Shown one piece after another: positions 21,951 to 37,200 of a stretch of DNA of 64,000 bases (the first letter of the stretch is position 1; the number at the start of each line of letters is the position of its first letter). The position numbers and the translations under genes are program-made. The notes under the pieces are model-generated. The model saw only the letters and a program-made list of their open reading frames with translations. It had not been told where the DNA came from and did not search any database. Source of the stretch: Kudoa neothunni. Its lineage: Eukaryota; Animalia; Cnidaria. Where the stretch lies: NCBI GenBank assembly GCA_964304625.1, contig OZ199839.1, positions 1,030,180 to 1,094,179 on the forward strand, in the 5' to 3' direction.

Positions 21951-24900
21951 TTTTTGTGACCAAAATAACTAATTATTTACTTATTATCCATGCTTTCGCG
22001 GGTGCGCGCCCACCTTTCTGTTTTTTTATTTATTCTCTCGTTGCACTAATAATAACTTTATTAGTGAGATATGAAAAATTTTCGTAATCATTTCTTTATT
22101 TCTTTTAGATTTTCTATTTAATTTGTGCATTTTTAGACTAACTCTCGTAGCAAACACATGGAGTTGTCCTCGACCGACAGTTATAGGATTGTTGTTTTTC
22201 GTTAAATAAATTATAAAGTTAATTATTAACAATCTAAAAAAATTAAAAAACGAAAATTTTAATAGTTTATTTCCATGAGTTTAAACTCAGAAAATCAAAG
22301 GTTAATGATGCATTCGAACGTAATACGTTAACTCTAGTATGGATTTTTGATAAAGTCTCTTTCCAAGTGACTCTGAGTATCATAAAACAATATTAATTAA
22401 TTTTCTATCCTTATTATTTATTTCCGGTTTATGAGCCCAGTATGCACCAAAGTCTTTCCTAATGCGGATGGATTACCACAAGTTTCACTTAACGCTGTTT
22501 ATGACGGATAGCAGGACTAACTATGTTAATTTTTAAGGTTCATCGATAAATTATATTAGGTCTGATCAAATACATTTTAATTCTAATGAGAAAACAAATA
22601 GATATTATTTGCTTTCAAATTTTAATGTGATAGGAAGCTTGATTGAAAATTGTAAACAGGTTAAGTTAACAAATTGATACTTACGACAAACGTGGAGCAC
22701 GAAACATTTTATGAAAATAACGAATATTGTGGTAGTAAAACTTTCGAATTCTTATCTCTGTATCTATTCATTTTCAGCAGTCATTAACAATGTTGTGAGC
22801 GCTTACAATGAAAACACATGTTAAAGTCACACACAAGGGTCGCGCACCCCGGGGATATCTCCTTTTTAATAATTAATTACTAACAAACAATTCTGTTAGA
22901 ACGACGTTAAATAAACCAATTGCTAATCTTTTTTATTGGAATTAATTATTAAATATTTTATATTCACTATTATTTTTCCATGTTAGCTGCCTTAAATTCT
23001 TAATGTAACGTCAACTATATTCACGTGGTTAGGTTGATCCCGTCTGATAGATGGATTAATCTGGCTGGACTACCAAATTTTAACTACCATTTTGAATTTT
23101 TTTAATAACTTCAAATGTGATTTAATATTTAAAAAATATATAGTTGGAAATTGGGGTAACATAACTTTTCTGAAACGTTAAAATTACATTTAATTTTTCG
23201 CTTGCGTTCATGGGGATGGAATAATTCTCCCCGGACACACTTCGGAGTTATATTTCATGGAAACTTTGGGACAAAAAATTTTTTATTTTTATATTTTTCA
23301 TGGTTTCTATTTATTTAAAGATGTTTTTGCCTGTTTAAGGATTTTTTATATGATGTTTATTTTAATTAAATAACATAAAATAGTAAAATAGACAATTATA
23401 ACAAATTTTATGTTTTATATTTCACTCAATTTGCTAATGTGATATCCCAAAGAATATAAATTAATCACTATAAAAAATTTATAAACTAAAAAAGTTTGGT
23501 ACTTTTAAGAAAAAGATATTTAAAAGTAAAAATATAAATAATTTCTACGTACATTTTTGGACGTTAACAAAAATGAAATACATTCAGTCAATTAATTAAC
23601 TTATGGTAATAATGTGCGAAATAAGCACCTAAAAATATTTAAAATTATCAAAATAATTATATTTCAGATGTACATTTATGAAACTAATATCTCTTTTAGG
23701 TTAATTATTAGCTGAAATAATAACGTTAATAAAAAATATGTGTGATGTGATATCACGACGTGGGTATTCGCTGATGACTGAATCGAATACACCGAAATTG
23801 TTTTACTGACTTTAACTTATTTTTTATTCAATAAATTAATAAATTTCATGGGAAAATGAGAGATGAGACAATTAATTTGTTTTTATTTTAGGCGAAACTA
23901 AATGAAGTATACACACGTGTCCTCACTCTTCTGATGTCTGCGCAATATAGTTTGCTAAAAATATATTTAATTTTTCTGTAACGTATTTCCATTTAATTAT
24001 TATATACTGAATACGATAACTGCGCGGATGAACGAACAATTCCAACTATAAATAAATCTGGCACTATAAATTATTTTACATAATTTTAACCGCCACGCCT
24101 TAATTCATTCTGTTTTCTCCTTGAGCTCAATAGTTAAGTACGTCTGTAAGTTGAAAAAGATCATTAGAATTAATTGCCTTATTAAAGTTAAAGTATGCTA
24201 ACCATTTATGCGCGCGAATCAAGCATAAACGTATAACGTATAAACAGGGATGCCAACAACGTAAGATACTGCTACTTTTCCGATCCCATCACGAATAAAT
24301 CTATATTCTGGCAGAGCCAGAAGTAGATCATTATGTACGATTAGACGAAATTTTTCATTTCGCCTAATTAATTATTTTTATAAAACTAAATATTTATCAG
24401 TGATTAAAAAAATATATTCCTAATGCGCGATTTTCAGGCCTGAAAGGGTTAAATAGATCCGTTTCAATAGCCACTGTCAACAATTTTTTCCGCTCATTTT
24501 TGATAACCTTTCAAACGATGTTTAAAAATTGTTATATTTTTGGATAAAAAATCTAAAAAAATTTAATTTCTATTGACAAGAATTAATTTTAATCTTAATG
24601 TCACTAATAATCACTGCTTTAGTTACTTCTTCATTGCTAGATACACTTTTTTAGGGAGCGCTAAAAATTCTTCTTAATCAAATTTTAAATTAAATATACA
24701 ACATTACTTATATTATCCTACCTTCGTCCTGCGCAATATTTTCAATATTTTTGATTTTTATAGACTATTAATGATGGTTAATAAAAATAACAAAATAACA
24801 TTATTAAGATTTTTGTTAATCGTATATACTGGCAAATGTTTGTATCTTTTCACACTGGGATAAAATTTAGTGAATAATCAGTTCTAAAAAATTAAAATAA

Positions 24901-25063
24901 TATTTCTTATTTATTTTTTAACATAATATAAAAATTTTACCTTCATTTCTAATAAAAACGATTTAATCTACGTGCTTAGGCTGAAAAAATTGCGTATTAT
25001 CGACTAGTCAAGTGATAAAACTATATAAAATGTTAAAATATAACTTTTTATTTATTTACGCGC

Positions 25064-25700
25064 TTGCGGGGAATTATTTACTTTCGAATGAGTCTGAGTG
25101 ATTATAGTGGGAGCTACTCTGATACTGATTCATCAGAAAACGCTTATTTTCCTACGGACGATATTTCATCGGATGGTTGCGATGTTGATTCAAATATCCG
25201 GATAAATTCATTTTTGGACAAAAATGGAACTTTATGGGAGACTGAACCTCCCTTACCCACTAGAACAGCAGCCGAAAACACGATGTATAATCTATAATTG
25301 CTCCTTTGATATCTCTAACTGCAAATAATGCAACTGATTCGTTTCGAGTATTTTTTAACGAAGAAATATATGCTTTGTTCTTCGATGACCAACGTTCACA
25401 CAGCGACAGAACCACCGCATAAACCTGACGTTATAGTTTATTATAACGTTATAAAAGGTGGAGTTGATATGATTGCTCGATAGTTAGCTTGGTGAGTGTG
25501 AAGAGAATCACACGTCGCTTGCCCCTCGTCGTTTTTTATAATATTTTGGACATTTCATTTATCAACGCTTTTTGTATTTACAAAAACGTATTTAATTCGC
25601 CAAATCTTGTGAGAAGGGATTTCCCAAAAATGATGGCTAAACAGTTAGCTGGTCCATTAGTTTCAAGGAAAAACCACAACAATAAGGTGTGACATCTGTT
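25064..25700 (+). pseudogene. Internally deleted piggyBac transposase remnant
   Basis: Acidic N-terminus and KNGTLWE…TRTAAEN joined to KPDVIVYYNVIKGGVD and KRITRRLPLVVFYNILDISFINAF. A TAGGG|TTAA end lies at about 26547. Confidence 0.75.
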
Positions 25701-27189
25701 CTTCTCCTTGTTGTATGCTCCACTATAAATGTATTTGTACGATATATTTGAATAATTAACATTAACATGCTATTTTCTTGTCGTTTAGGAGCATTTTACA
25801 TGTGTTTTTTGATATATAGGCGCTATGATTATTTATCTGTAACGTAAGCATAGTTTGATGAAAAAATGTGTTAAATTTAATAAATATTCAAAATATGTCA
25901 AAATAAAGACATCCTAAACTTTCGGTGTACGCACGAATAACAATTATCTAAAATTTTCTTAAATTAATAATTTTTGTATTATTATTAGTTTTACAAAAAA
26001 AATGTGAGGTGTACTTATATCCCAAAATTACTTGGCGTATGTAAAATTTTGAGTTTTATCAGCGCTAAATAAATTCGACATTCACCATCCAACAACAGGC
26101 TATCATCTTTGTCGCCCCACAACTTCTTTATATTACGACCATATTCTCTTAAATATGATTTAACGTCGAAAACATATTTCGTGGTGTATAAAACTTAATC
26201 TCCTTTTTAAACATTCGACAACTAAAATTACATCGTGCTTATTTAGGTCCCCTTATCAATATCGTATATTACGATTTGAAAAAAAGGTTTCTAATATATT
26301 AAAATTTATTACTCTCCAAAAAATCTTTATTTAGAATAAAGAATTAAAAGATTCAATGAACAGCTAAATATTACAAAAATCACTCTCCACGGATAAATTT
26401 AATTTTTGGATTCCTGAAATTATTACATAAAATATCATTTCTCATTTTTAGCTATATATCCATAAAAGAAGTCTGTACGATAATAAAGAGACTTTATTTG
26501 ATCAATTTATACTTGGACCAAAAAGGGGCCCATTGAGCTTTCTAGGGTTAAGTAATGTATTATTCCAACATCCATTGGCTCCATACAGCTAGAGGTATTC
26601 TTTGGTTTGAGAAGAATAAAAATTTTACTTGCGTGAATCCGCATAAATTTTCCAGATGACAATTTTTTTCTACTGTAAGAAATATCGAAATTAATAATAC
26701 TGTAGTTATTTTACAGGGTGCTGCCCAACGATGATTGGACTAAAACTTCTCACACGAAAATCAAAACAGATGCAGTTACCATGTAGATTAAATAATTTAT
26801 TTTTTTCGACCTTTATTCCTCTAATTCCCTTATTTGATTTAGAAAACTATATAATAATCAGTTTCAAACCATAGTTATTCGAAAAAAAATTTGCTTAAAA
26901 AATTCTTTAGTTAAAACTCATAATAAAATATTTGTCATATTCAACCTTCTAAGTAACATGGGTTGAAAAAGGATCCCAGAAGAAATTACATTTCAGGTAT
27001 GTTTTTATAACTCAAATACCTATTAAAAATTATTTTTGAAAAAGTTATAAATCAACATGGTGAGGATTTGAAAAAACACCCCAGATTTTTATTTTAAGTT
27101 TCAATACTATAAAATTCAATAATGCCACTAATAAAAGAAAACTTAAATTGAACAGTAGCTTCATGTCGTAAAATGACAAATACTTAAAA

Positions 27190-27850
27190 CCCATGCTCGC
27201 GCGCACACGCGAAACTGTTTTAATGGCGATGGAATATTTTTTAACAAATAGCGACTATGCTGATTCCCTCGCTGATAAAAATAATAATTTGCAGAGCGTC
27301 GTGAAACCAAGAAAAACAAAAGATGCAGAGGAAAAAAATAGTAAATTTAAACAAGATGTGACTCTATACGCCACTCAAAGAATTTCTAATATCGCTGGAT
27401 GTTTTCGTCATTTTTCCCCTTTGAAATAATGAACATAATCGTTGAATTTACCAACTAATATGGGAATAAATGGGAAAACGTTGATGTCGATGAAATACAT
27501 GGTTTATTGATTGTCTCTTATATATGGCTCTCCATAAAGATCGACAAGAACCATTAGTTGATTTGTTTAGTTATCCTACAGTATAATGCTGCTAAAGGAG
27601 GTGTTGACACTGCAGATCGTATGTTGGCATCGATTTCAGTGAGACGATTCACTAGATGGCCGTTGGTTGTGTTTTACAACGTGATTGATATCTCACTTGT
27701 AAATGCATTGGTAGTGTACAAGGGGACATTTAACGATCCAAATATTAAAAGAAGAAAAAAATTCCACAGTTAATAGAGCATACAGGTTCCATCAATCCTT
27801 CACATGTGATCTCTGTAAGCGTCCATATTGCAAAGATTTATCTTGATAAT
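27190..27850 (+). pseudogene. Internally deleted piggyBac transposase remnant
   Basis: ILQYNAAKGGVDTADRMLASISVRRFTRWPLVVFYNVIDISLVNA; same family as the remnants at 12.1-13 kb and 25 kb. Confidence 0.8.
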
Positions 27851-27989
27851 TATTTATAATATGAATTTTAACTAGTTTATTACAGTTGTTCAATTATTTT
27901 CTATATATCACATAATTTTTAAACTTAACCACCTACCGATTTTTCGCCAATACCGAAATGTCTGACATATCTGTGATATTATCGAAAAA

Positions 27990-29150
27990 GAATAAAGAAA
28001 TGATTATATATAATGATTTTATATATAATTATGATTCAAGAACAGAAAGGGGACTTAGTTGGAGATGTCATAACCGAGGATGTTGCGGTAGAATCTATAC
28101 ATGTATTGGGGGAAACACGTGATTGATGAGATTATCCATTTGAAAATTCGCTAAAAAACCAGACATCAAGCAATTATTACTCCATTACCACCTTCTGATA
28201 TCATCATCAAGGCCTTCGAAAATGAATACGAAAGTATTTCCGATTCAATAACTAAAATTAGGCGGCAAATGGGTATTAAGCCTATCTCTAAATATGACGA
28301 TATTCCAGAAAATTTAAAGAAAACACTCTGTGGTCAGCAGTTTTTGCATTTCGATAGTGGTGTTGGCTCTACTGATAGAATCTTAGTATTTTCCCATCCT
28401 AAAATAATCGAATTTTTGAATAAATCCTTGGTATGGTGATGGTACTTTTTACATTACACACCCAAATAGGAGCACATGTATCACCCATAGTTTTTTGCTT
28501 GGTGCAAAACAAAAAATATGAAACATATTCTACTTTTTTCAAAATGATTTATGATAAAGTTGGTCCCTATGAACCCAAATATTTTTTCTGTAATTTCGAG
28601 GTAGCAATTAGGAAATCGTTTAATGAGGTTTTTAAGAAAACTGGAATTAAGCACTGCCATTTCCGCTTCGCCCAAACAATATGGGGAAAAATAAAAAATG
28701 TAGACTTGGTAAGTCTTTATAAGCAATCGAAGATTCTAAAATCCTACATACGTAAAATAATATTATTATGTTACGTTCCAGAATGTGATGTCGTCAGGAT
28801 CTACGAACTCTTAAAGGATACATTCAAGAATAAACTATGTGGTATAAAAATTGATGAATTCAAGAAATTTTTAGGAAAGGAGTGTATTTACAAAGAAACT
28901 AATACAAGCACTGGATTGTTATCATACGCGGAATTTTGGTCTGTATATGACCCTGTTCTTGGGGGGGGGGGGGGGGGGGGTATGATTCCACAAATAATGC
29001 ACTAGAAGCTTGGCACGGTTCTCTGAAAAGAAAGACTCACTCGGTACATCCTAATCTAAGGAAATTCATAATGCTATTACCAAAAGATGTGAGAAAATAC
29101 AACTTATATGATGGGCTTTCATACCATGAAAGTATAAGCATGTATTTTGG
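27990..29150 (+). pseudogene. Mutator (FLYWCH + MULE) transposase remnant
   Basis: WRCHNRGCCGRI, FLHFDSG…DRILVFS, WYGDGTF, PIVFCLVQNKKYETY, CHFRFAQTIWGKIK and TNNALEAWH across frameshifts. Confidence 0.85.
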
Positions 29151-30002
29151 ATTTAATTTTGACCAATAAATACCAATTTAATATTGTTACTTCTTTTAAA
29201 ACTATTATTATCTTCTATCACAGCCTATTTTTTGTGGCACGCGTGCGTACCTTTGCCGCCGAAAAACGGATAGACGTTTTTTCACAAGATTATACGTTAG
29301 TTTACTACAATTGTTCAATTATTTTCTATATATCAAATAATTTTTAAAATCAACTCATTTACTCCTAAATCTAAATGCTGGCATAAACAGAAATTATTTA
29401 ATGAAATGAACGCCTGTGTAGTTTACTGTATTATTCTTAGATTGCCAATTTTACATTATAAAAATAGAAAAATTTATTTGTTTCAATAAACCAATTATAG
29501 TTTAATGGGGTTTTTACATTTCAACAATCGCGCTTTATATAGACAATATGTACATATGCACATTCGCGGTAAAAATTAAATTTTTACGAATTAAGTAATA
29601 ACACAGGAATTTAATGCTTCGGAAAATTTTGTTCTTAAATTTTTTCTGTTACAAGTTTCTTATGTTTCCATATTATCTAGTTCACGATTAAGGAGTTCAT
29701 TTGATTAGATAGTTTAAACTTTGTACTTTTCCGAATTCACGCGTTGGTTGAATTAGAAAAAAATTCAACACAATATTTTTTTCACGAGCCACGGTTTGAT
29801 TACCTACCCCTGCTCTATCCAATCACGCTATTTCCAGGTACGACTGTACATCACCTAATTAGTGGTTCAAGTTAAAACTTAAATATCGAATTAAATGACG
29901 TTCAACCACAAAATAAATGCGTGCAATAAAACAAAGTATCTCATATTGTATATTTATTTAGTCAAAATATGAATTTGATAATGGTTGATCATATTTCAAA
30001 AA

Positions 30003-30410
30003 TTAACGTCTCATTTCAATAGGATTGATTCCTTTCCTCAATTCCTTCAAAAGATGTCAAAAATTCGCTATCTAATAAACTTACAGTGTATTCTTGTCGG
30101 AGTGCGCAAGAACTACACCACAGATGAGTACAGCAATCATTGTCATAATCCCCCTATATAAAAGGTATCAGAAATACCATCTTGGAGCATGAAAAAATTA
30201 TACATCAATATTTCTTTCATCTCGAATTTCTCCTCTATAAACGGCAGAAACAACCGAACCTCCTATACAATAAGCCACACCAGCAACGGCAGAATTTAAC
30301 CCAAGTAGTTCGGCGTTCATTGCACCAACTGCACAAGGTACAAAGTACCCCAAGCAACAAATTCCACAATGAGGACCACACTCACACAAACCAGTACTCC
30401 ACCTTGGCAT
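30003..30410 (-). CDS. PLAC8/cornifelin-family cysteine-rich protein, 3 exons (30410-30204, 30153-30085, 30044-30003), 105 aa
   Basis: WSTGLCEC…CCLGYFVPC…YRGEIRDERNID|GDYDNDCCTHLWCSSCALRQEYT|ELRK…; GT-AG introns of 50 and 40 bp. Confidence 0.9.
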
Positions 30411-31362
30411 TCTATTCTAATATTAATATTTCGTGTAATCTGACGAAAAGATTATAGATTCGATGATTATATTTAAATTTATTAAATTCAATTACCTCTG
30501 AAAACAAATTTATAATTACGAGTATTTTTAATGGAATTATTATACTGGCAGATTTCTATTACCAAATTTGGTATCTTTTTATTAGTTAAATCTTTATATC
30601 TACATTTCTAATCAATTTGTACACAAAATGGGTAAGCTTATTAATGGACTATTGCTCCAGTGAGATAACAGTAATTATAATGGCACAATTAATGCAAGCT
30701 ATTATATATTAAAATATATAACGAATAACCCTTAAAAAATACTTCAGTTTAAATATACTTTAGGTATTAGTATTTTGTGAATAACGCAGTTATAAACATT
30801 TCTTCTAATAATAAAATTTATCAATGAATCATACTAGGATGATAATTTTGTTAAAATTGACTCCATTTATTTTATTTGATCACATGAATCAATAAATATT
30901 ATGAATATCTAATTAAAGAGATTCCAGTCAACATACACACCAAATTATATATTAATTTGTTTAAATCCCTTGCGTATAAGGTCGTCACTATTAAACACTA
31001 AATCACTTGATAATATAAAGTCTTTTTTGTGCCGAAAAAATATAATCCAGATTTAATACAACTTTCTTTAAAAATCCTAATAATTTTAATTCCAAATATA
31101 TATAGATACAAAATGCGATACTGTAACACTTATCCACGAGTATCGATAAGTATTGGTGAGTGGTATTAATGGTGAAACGTTAAAAAATTGTTTATTCCTA
31201 AAAGATAACTTTATAATTTCTTCTCTCTCTAAATCAATTATATAATAAATAATAATTATGGGTAAGATTGCAGAATACTGGTCGCATTTAACGATTGAAG
31301 TTTATAATTAGTTCCCACATGAATGTAACTTAAATTAGTGTGATATGTTTTGAACCATAATT

Positions 31363-31483
31363 TGTTGTTGTTGTTGTTGTTGTTGTAACGATAAATATTT
31401 GATACAAATGAACATGTAATTCTGCTATAAAACATAAATTTCCTTTTCATATAGATATAGATAGATATAGATATAGATATAGA
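31363..31483. repeat. Microsatellites (TTG)n and (ATAGAT)n
   Basis: Directly visible at ~31363-31386 and ~31450-31483. Confidence 0.85.
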
Positions 31484-33864
31484 TGTAATAATAGGCAATC
31501 GCTAAGGAGAAATTGTGATAACACGTCCAAATCATCAGTCACACTTAACTTTTAGAACACATAAAGGGTGTTTTACGTGATTGAGTGTTATGCCTGTAAA
31601 AATGACTGCGAGGGGCTAGGTGATATAAAATAGGTTACAACAACTAACATGTGTAACGAATAAATTATTCAATACGAGATTATGTTGCATCAACACTAAA
31701 AAACAATAAACCCAACGTAATCAGAATTCAACATGGCCGAATTTGTTCGTTATCACTTATTAAGATTACAACCATCATTCTGCAGTTTTATCAACCTATG
31801 GAAGAGAGATTTCAATCGTCTTTTAAAATAATTATTTATTCTTCACATGAAGAATTAATCGATAACTAATGAAAATTGTTTTATCTAGCGTTGATAAGAA
31901 TATTTTTAGCGATAATATTGTTTGGTAATGTACCTATCTTTATCAGAAACCGATTGCAATATCGGGAAAACAATGAATGATTATCATCATTTATATTAAT
32001 GTATGAACGATAAACCCAATGTCCTATCAACTTTAACTATCATATCTGCCTTTTGAGGATAATAATAACTAAAAATGTTTATTTCAATCATCAAAAATAA
32101 TGAATACATTTATGACCAATACCGGAATCAGAATCACAGCTTTATTTTACGGCTGCGAAATCCTAGTTTGGCTCTTGGCTTTTGGCGTGAGGTCAAAAAT
32201 TCTAAATCATTATTGAATTTTTATTCTTTTTTAGTTGAAATATGTTTAAATATTAAAGTGGAACTATTATCAATTAAAAGTTAACGTTAGATTTGAATTT
32301 TTAAAAAGAAAATAATACAAATTTTTAAATCAAGGCTAATTGAAAATAATGATAACATTTCTGGCTTTCGTTTTAAATTTTAATGATATTATTCCCAAAT
32401 TTAAAAACATATATTTAACATGAATTAATTTACTTCCTGATTAAACAAAAGTGGATTGATGTAATTAGATTAAATAGATGGGAATTAATATAATATATTT
32501 ATAATGGTTAAAATATTGAGAAATAACATGATTAGATATTACAATTCTAATGTTGGAATTCAATGAGACAACTAAGAGAAAGTCTCAAAAACTCACCAGG
32601 CATAACATTAATAACGAGTTTCCTGGAAAATAAGGTCTCATTCGAAAACATGTAATAGAAACTTGCTATATAACTACAATTTATATATAACCTAATTTCA
32701 TTTTCGCTATAAAACAATATTACTTAAGCTAATTATAACAAATAAAATTATTATACTTTGCTAAAAACCGACTGTGAATTATATAATAATTGAAAAAATC
32801 TTCATTTTCTGACCTCCTGAAAAATTATTAAACCAGTGTATAATTCATAATTTTAATGAAATATTGAATTTCCTATCAATTAATAAAGCATATAATAGCA
32901 GTTTATATCCTATATTCATACTTAGAAGTAAAACATTCTATTTTTTCCGATTCCAACACTTTATATAACATTTAAATTACTTCAAAAATAATAAATCAAT
33001 CAAATAACATTAAAATAATCTTAGTTTAAATGCTAGTTATTCCTCCAACTATGCTCTGGTCGAATTCATCCTAATTGGAGCATTAAATATCGTACAATTT
33101 TTTATTGCTACATTGGATGAGTTTTAAATCATACTTTTATTAAAAAATAAATTATTTTTTATAAATATAATATTACAATATTACGCAATTCTTGTGTTTT
33201 TTTTCAAAATTTAAAGGGTATTCTTCAATGACCGTTTGAAACAGATTCGACCTCGTATTTATACTAAATTTTGAGTTATGAAATGATTTTTGTATTAATT
33301 TATCCAAAAGCCCATCTAACAAACTTTAAGCTTATGCGAAATTTTAAAGGTCTTTTGTTAGCGATGTGGTAAATTTCGTTATTCCTGACATAGATTTCAA
33401 GTATATTTAGGTATTAATGCAGTTGTAGAGATGTATAAATTGATTACTGAAATACTTTACAGAACAAAATAAAATTTGATCATAAGAGTCAATTCGATTT
33501 CAATCTTTCGCTTCAAACAAGTAGTGTTTTAATTTTTAGTGGATAAAAATTTAACATTAGGCACAAGTCGTTTAACGTAATAAATAATAATAATAAATTC
33601 TCAAATCCCAGTAAAAATACATAAATATATATAAATGCATACAAATTAATAATAATATCAGACAGGAAAAAGGACAATGTTAGTGATCGAATAAATTTTG
33701 ATGTTTCATTTAAAAATAATCATTAATAGATTAATTTCAGTTGAATCGAGTAGGAAAAATTTTTACAATGCGAAGCCATAACATAAAAGCGAAAAAAGAA
33801 AATATATAACTATAATTGATAGCAAATTATAGAATGTAATCAGTGAGTTAGTTAATGAGCAAAT

Positions 33865-34286
33865 TCATCTGACCATTTCTCTAGTGCTTGGAAAATTGTT
33901 AAGTTCCTAATGATACAAAATAATATCAATTCAGAAAAATGGTTATTGTTACAACGTATTCTTGGCGAAGTGCACAAGAACCACAGCAAAGATGCGTACA
34001 ACAGTCTCCGCAGAAATTCCCCTACGAATTTGAGTGGTAAGATAACAACTGCATAAAACATAATAGGAATTGTGCCTACTTTGATTTCGTAACGCTCTCT
34101 AATTTTCGAACGAAAAGCAGCACCAACACAAGAAGAACACAAACCATACAGAATACACCAAGTGTAACGACTATCTCCAAACACATCAGCATTCATTCCT
34201 TCCACAACTGGTGGAAAGAAAAATCCAAGACAACATATTCCTCGTTCACGATGGCAATTGAATAAATCACTGGTCCAATCCCTCAT
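33865..34286 (-). CDS. PLAC8/cornifelin-family protein, paralogue 2, 3 exons (34286-34080, 34021-33953, 33906-33865)
   Basis: MRDWTSDLFNC…CCLGFFFP…FRSKIRERYEIK|GNFCGDCCTHLCCGSCALRQEYV|ELNNFPSTREMVR*. Introns are 58 and 46 bp, at the same positions as in paralogue 1. Confidence 0.9.
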
Positions 34287-37200
34287 TATCAAAATGAAAT
34301 GAATAATACCCTGAATTAGTTTATTCGGTAGAAGTGGATAATCCCAAATAATTCCGCCGACAATTTATTTTATCATTATTGGCCTAAATGTTACGATAAG
34401 ATGTGATTATGAATTGCTTAATGGACTACTGAGGTACTTGGCTAATATTTCCAAGATAGTGTACATCAATAACTACATATTTCTAAAAACACTATTCAAT
34501 ACATCATACTCAATTAATAAAACAATCCTTTAAATTAAACCTTATAATTATTTATAATCCTATTTTTATTAATAATATTGAAGGCGGAAGTTTAAATGAT
34601 ATAATTTAAAATATTATTACATTAGTTCGAATTATAGAGTTTGAATCGGCAGTATTTAAATTCCATTATAACTTTATTTAATCAACAGATAAGAATATTT
34701 CATTCTAATCTTATCACTTCTTCTACAATCTATATTAATTTGAATAATAACAATATATTGACGTTTATTTTTGGACAATTCACTGTATATTTTTAAAAAT
34801 AGATTTTTTTCAAGACAATTAAACGAATTTGTGGTTTTGACAGAAGAATCAACGATAACGTCCTTATTTGAGGGTGCGACGTTTATTCGATACTCAACAA
34901 GGGACATTTTTCTTTTATGGTTAATGAAATAGGGAAATTAGTGAGGTTTGAGCGAATTTTGTTACATGTAAATTTTTCTCAACTTTTAATAATTGTTTTA
35001 ACACAGAAAAATAACGTTACTGAACAAAATTAAGTAGAAATTAATATTAATCTCGTTATTAACTTAGAAACTTATTAAAAACTCCTAAACCCTTTTCTAA
35101 TTATTATGAAACTTCTAATTACTATGTTAAACTTTCTTAAAAACCAATATAAGTTCAAAAAAATAATTTAAGTCAGAAAACTTTATTCCGGACATTGAAC
35201 TTTAATAAAGATTTATTTATATGTGCCTTTTTACGTTAATCATTTAATATATTAAAAGCGATACTACAAATTTTTCAATTTTTAAGTGACCATAATTAGA
35301 AAAAATGAACTACAAAGTTTCACTTAACCCTCGTGGGATCAACTGAAATCATATGCGGCCCAATTCCGTTAGTTTGACTTTTTCTCGCATATCAAACTAA
35401 ATTAGAGGACTCAAAGCTCTTGGATTCCTTAATTATAGCCTGTAATTGATAATAATAAAGTCATAAAGAAAAAAGTGTATTTACTGATTTAAATATTTTA
35501 CTTTTAATAAGCGATGCGCTCGCTACTTCATTTAAATGTAGTTATTACGACTTGGTATAAAAGAATAAATATTATAAAGATAGCCGATGACATTAATTTT
35601 GATTAAAAAGTGCTAGAGCATTACCAGAAACGTAATGAATACATTCTTTGATTTTGTACCAAAGGACTCGGTTCGGCTATGGAGGTTATCCAGAGATTAT
35701 CCTTCAGAAGAGTCTTTAACATGCAATGCAATAAAGGATGAAGTACATCTAATTTCTACTTTAAATAAAAAAGGAGAATCAATAAAATACGTCGGCAGCT
35801 TTAAAATATATTTATTTAAAAAAAATGTTTTATGGTCTCCACATTTGAATAATTATAAGTTAGTTGGGAGGAGCGCGCTCTATTTAATCAACAAAAATCA
35901 AATCATAATTTACAGTTGCATACACGTATTATCGAGCCACACCGGGAATTGTAAAAATCAAAAGCTTGGGGTTTGATGTTCAAAATTCACGTTATAACTC
36001 ATTTGGATATTCTATTATAATCGTTTACTCCTTGAAAATGTTCTAAAATAATGGTATCTATCTATTTAAGCCATGATATCCATTAATATACAATTAAGAT
36101 GGATCATGGTTTATGGAGCGATGTAAGCATTAATGATAACTTAGTCATGGTAAAAGTCCATCAGCTAATTTTAATTAAATACATATAATGAGTAAAACAA
36201 CTAGGTAAAGTAAAAGAATTTAGCTGTTTAAAATAATTAAAAAGTCCTGGGGTCGAAAATGTCCCTAGTTGGTTCGGTTCCTCGCGTAAGTCTTTTTAAG
36301 TCGGTCCTTCGATAATTAAGTTGCTACAAATTAACAAATTATTCGTTCTAAGTATGTAATGATCATTATTTTTTCAGCTATAACATACAAAATAACAATA
36401 TCCTATTCCGTCGTTTTTTGTAAAATTAGTCACATGTACTCATTTGTAACACTACATAAATAATTTCTATAATTAAAAACCGAATTAATCATATTTTATT
36501 CTTGCGAATGAATTAGCTCATATTTTATGTACTAACTCAAGTAGTTGAAACATTTATCTGATAATTCTGGGTGATTTTTATCATAAACATTAGATCGATT
36601 TTAAGAAAGACAAAGATTCCACAGATTTTTGAAGTTTCCTAAATATTTTCACGGGGATATCACAACGTAATGAAACTAAGGTCGAATTTTTATAACCTCG
36701 ATAATAGAAGAGTACTTATATTTTGAATAGCGCAAAAGTGTCAACATTTTATAAGAATTATCGGATTCCATTACAAAAAAATCATCATCCGTAAACAGTT
36801 GTGATTGATACAGTTTGTCATGACGATGAAGTTTTTACAGAGTTTTTAAAATTTGAAAACAGCCTAGCAGCACTCACGTTTGAAAAAAATCGAATAAATT
36901 TTTTTTCGATTAATTATAAAATGTCAATCTAATGGAGTAGAAATACATTATTTTTCGAAATATCGCTCTTATAACACTGGGATTCGTGAAATTGGGCTTA
37001 AAATCCGACTTTGTTATGTTATATATAGATTGATTCTTGGGATAAACCTTTAATGAATTTTTGATTACGATATCACAATAACGAATGATTTTATGAAGTT
37101 TTACTTGTTTTTCTTTCCTTATATTAAATTAATTGATTTATTCCATAATTTAGCGGTAAAATTCCTTTCTGAATATCTTAATTTGTTCCTTGAATTATTT

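Noticed and set aside
28961-28980. G20 run encoding poly-Gly
   Set aside because: It lies inside a dead MULE; slippage expansion or a sequencing artefact is the likelier cause.
29800-29848. Tigger-like right TIR (…TTTCCAGGTACGACTG|TA)
   Set aside because: The left TIR was not found.
33852-34292. 146-aa unspliced ORF from the track
   Set aside because: It reads through introns; the spliced model restores the PLAC8 motif.
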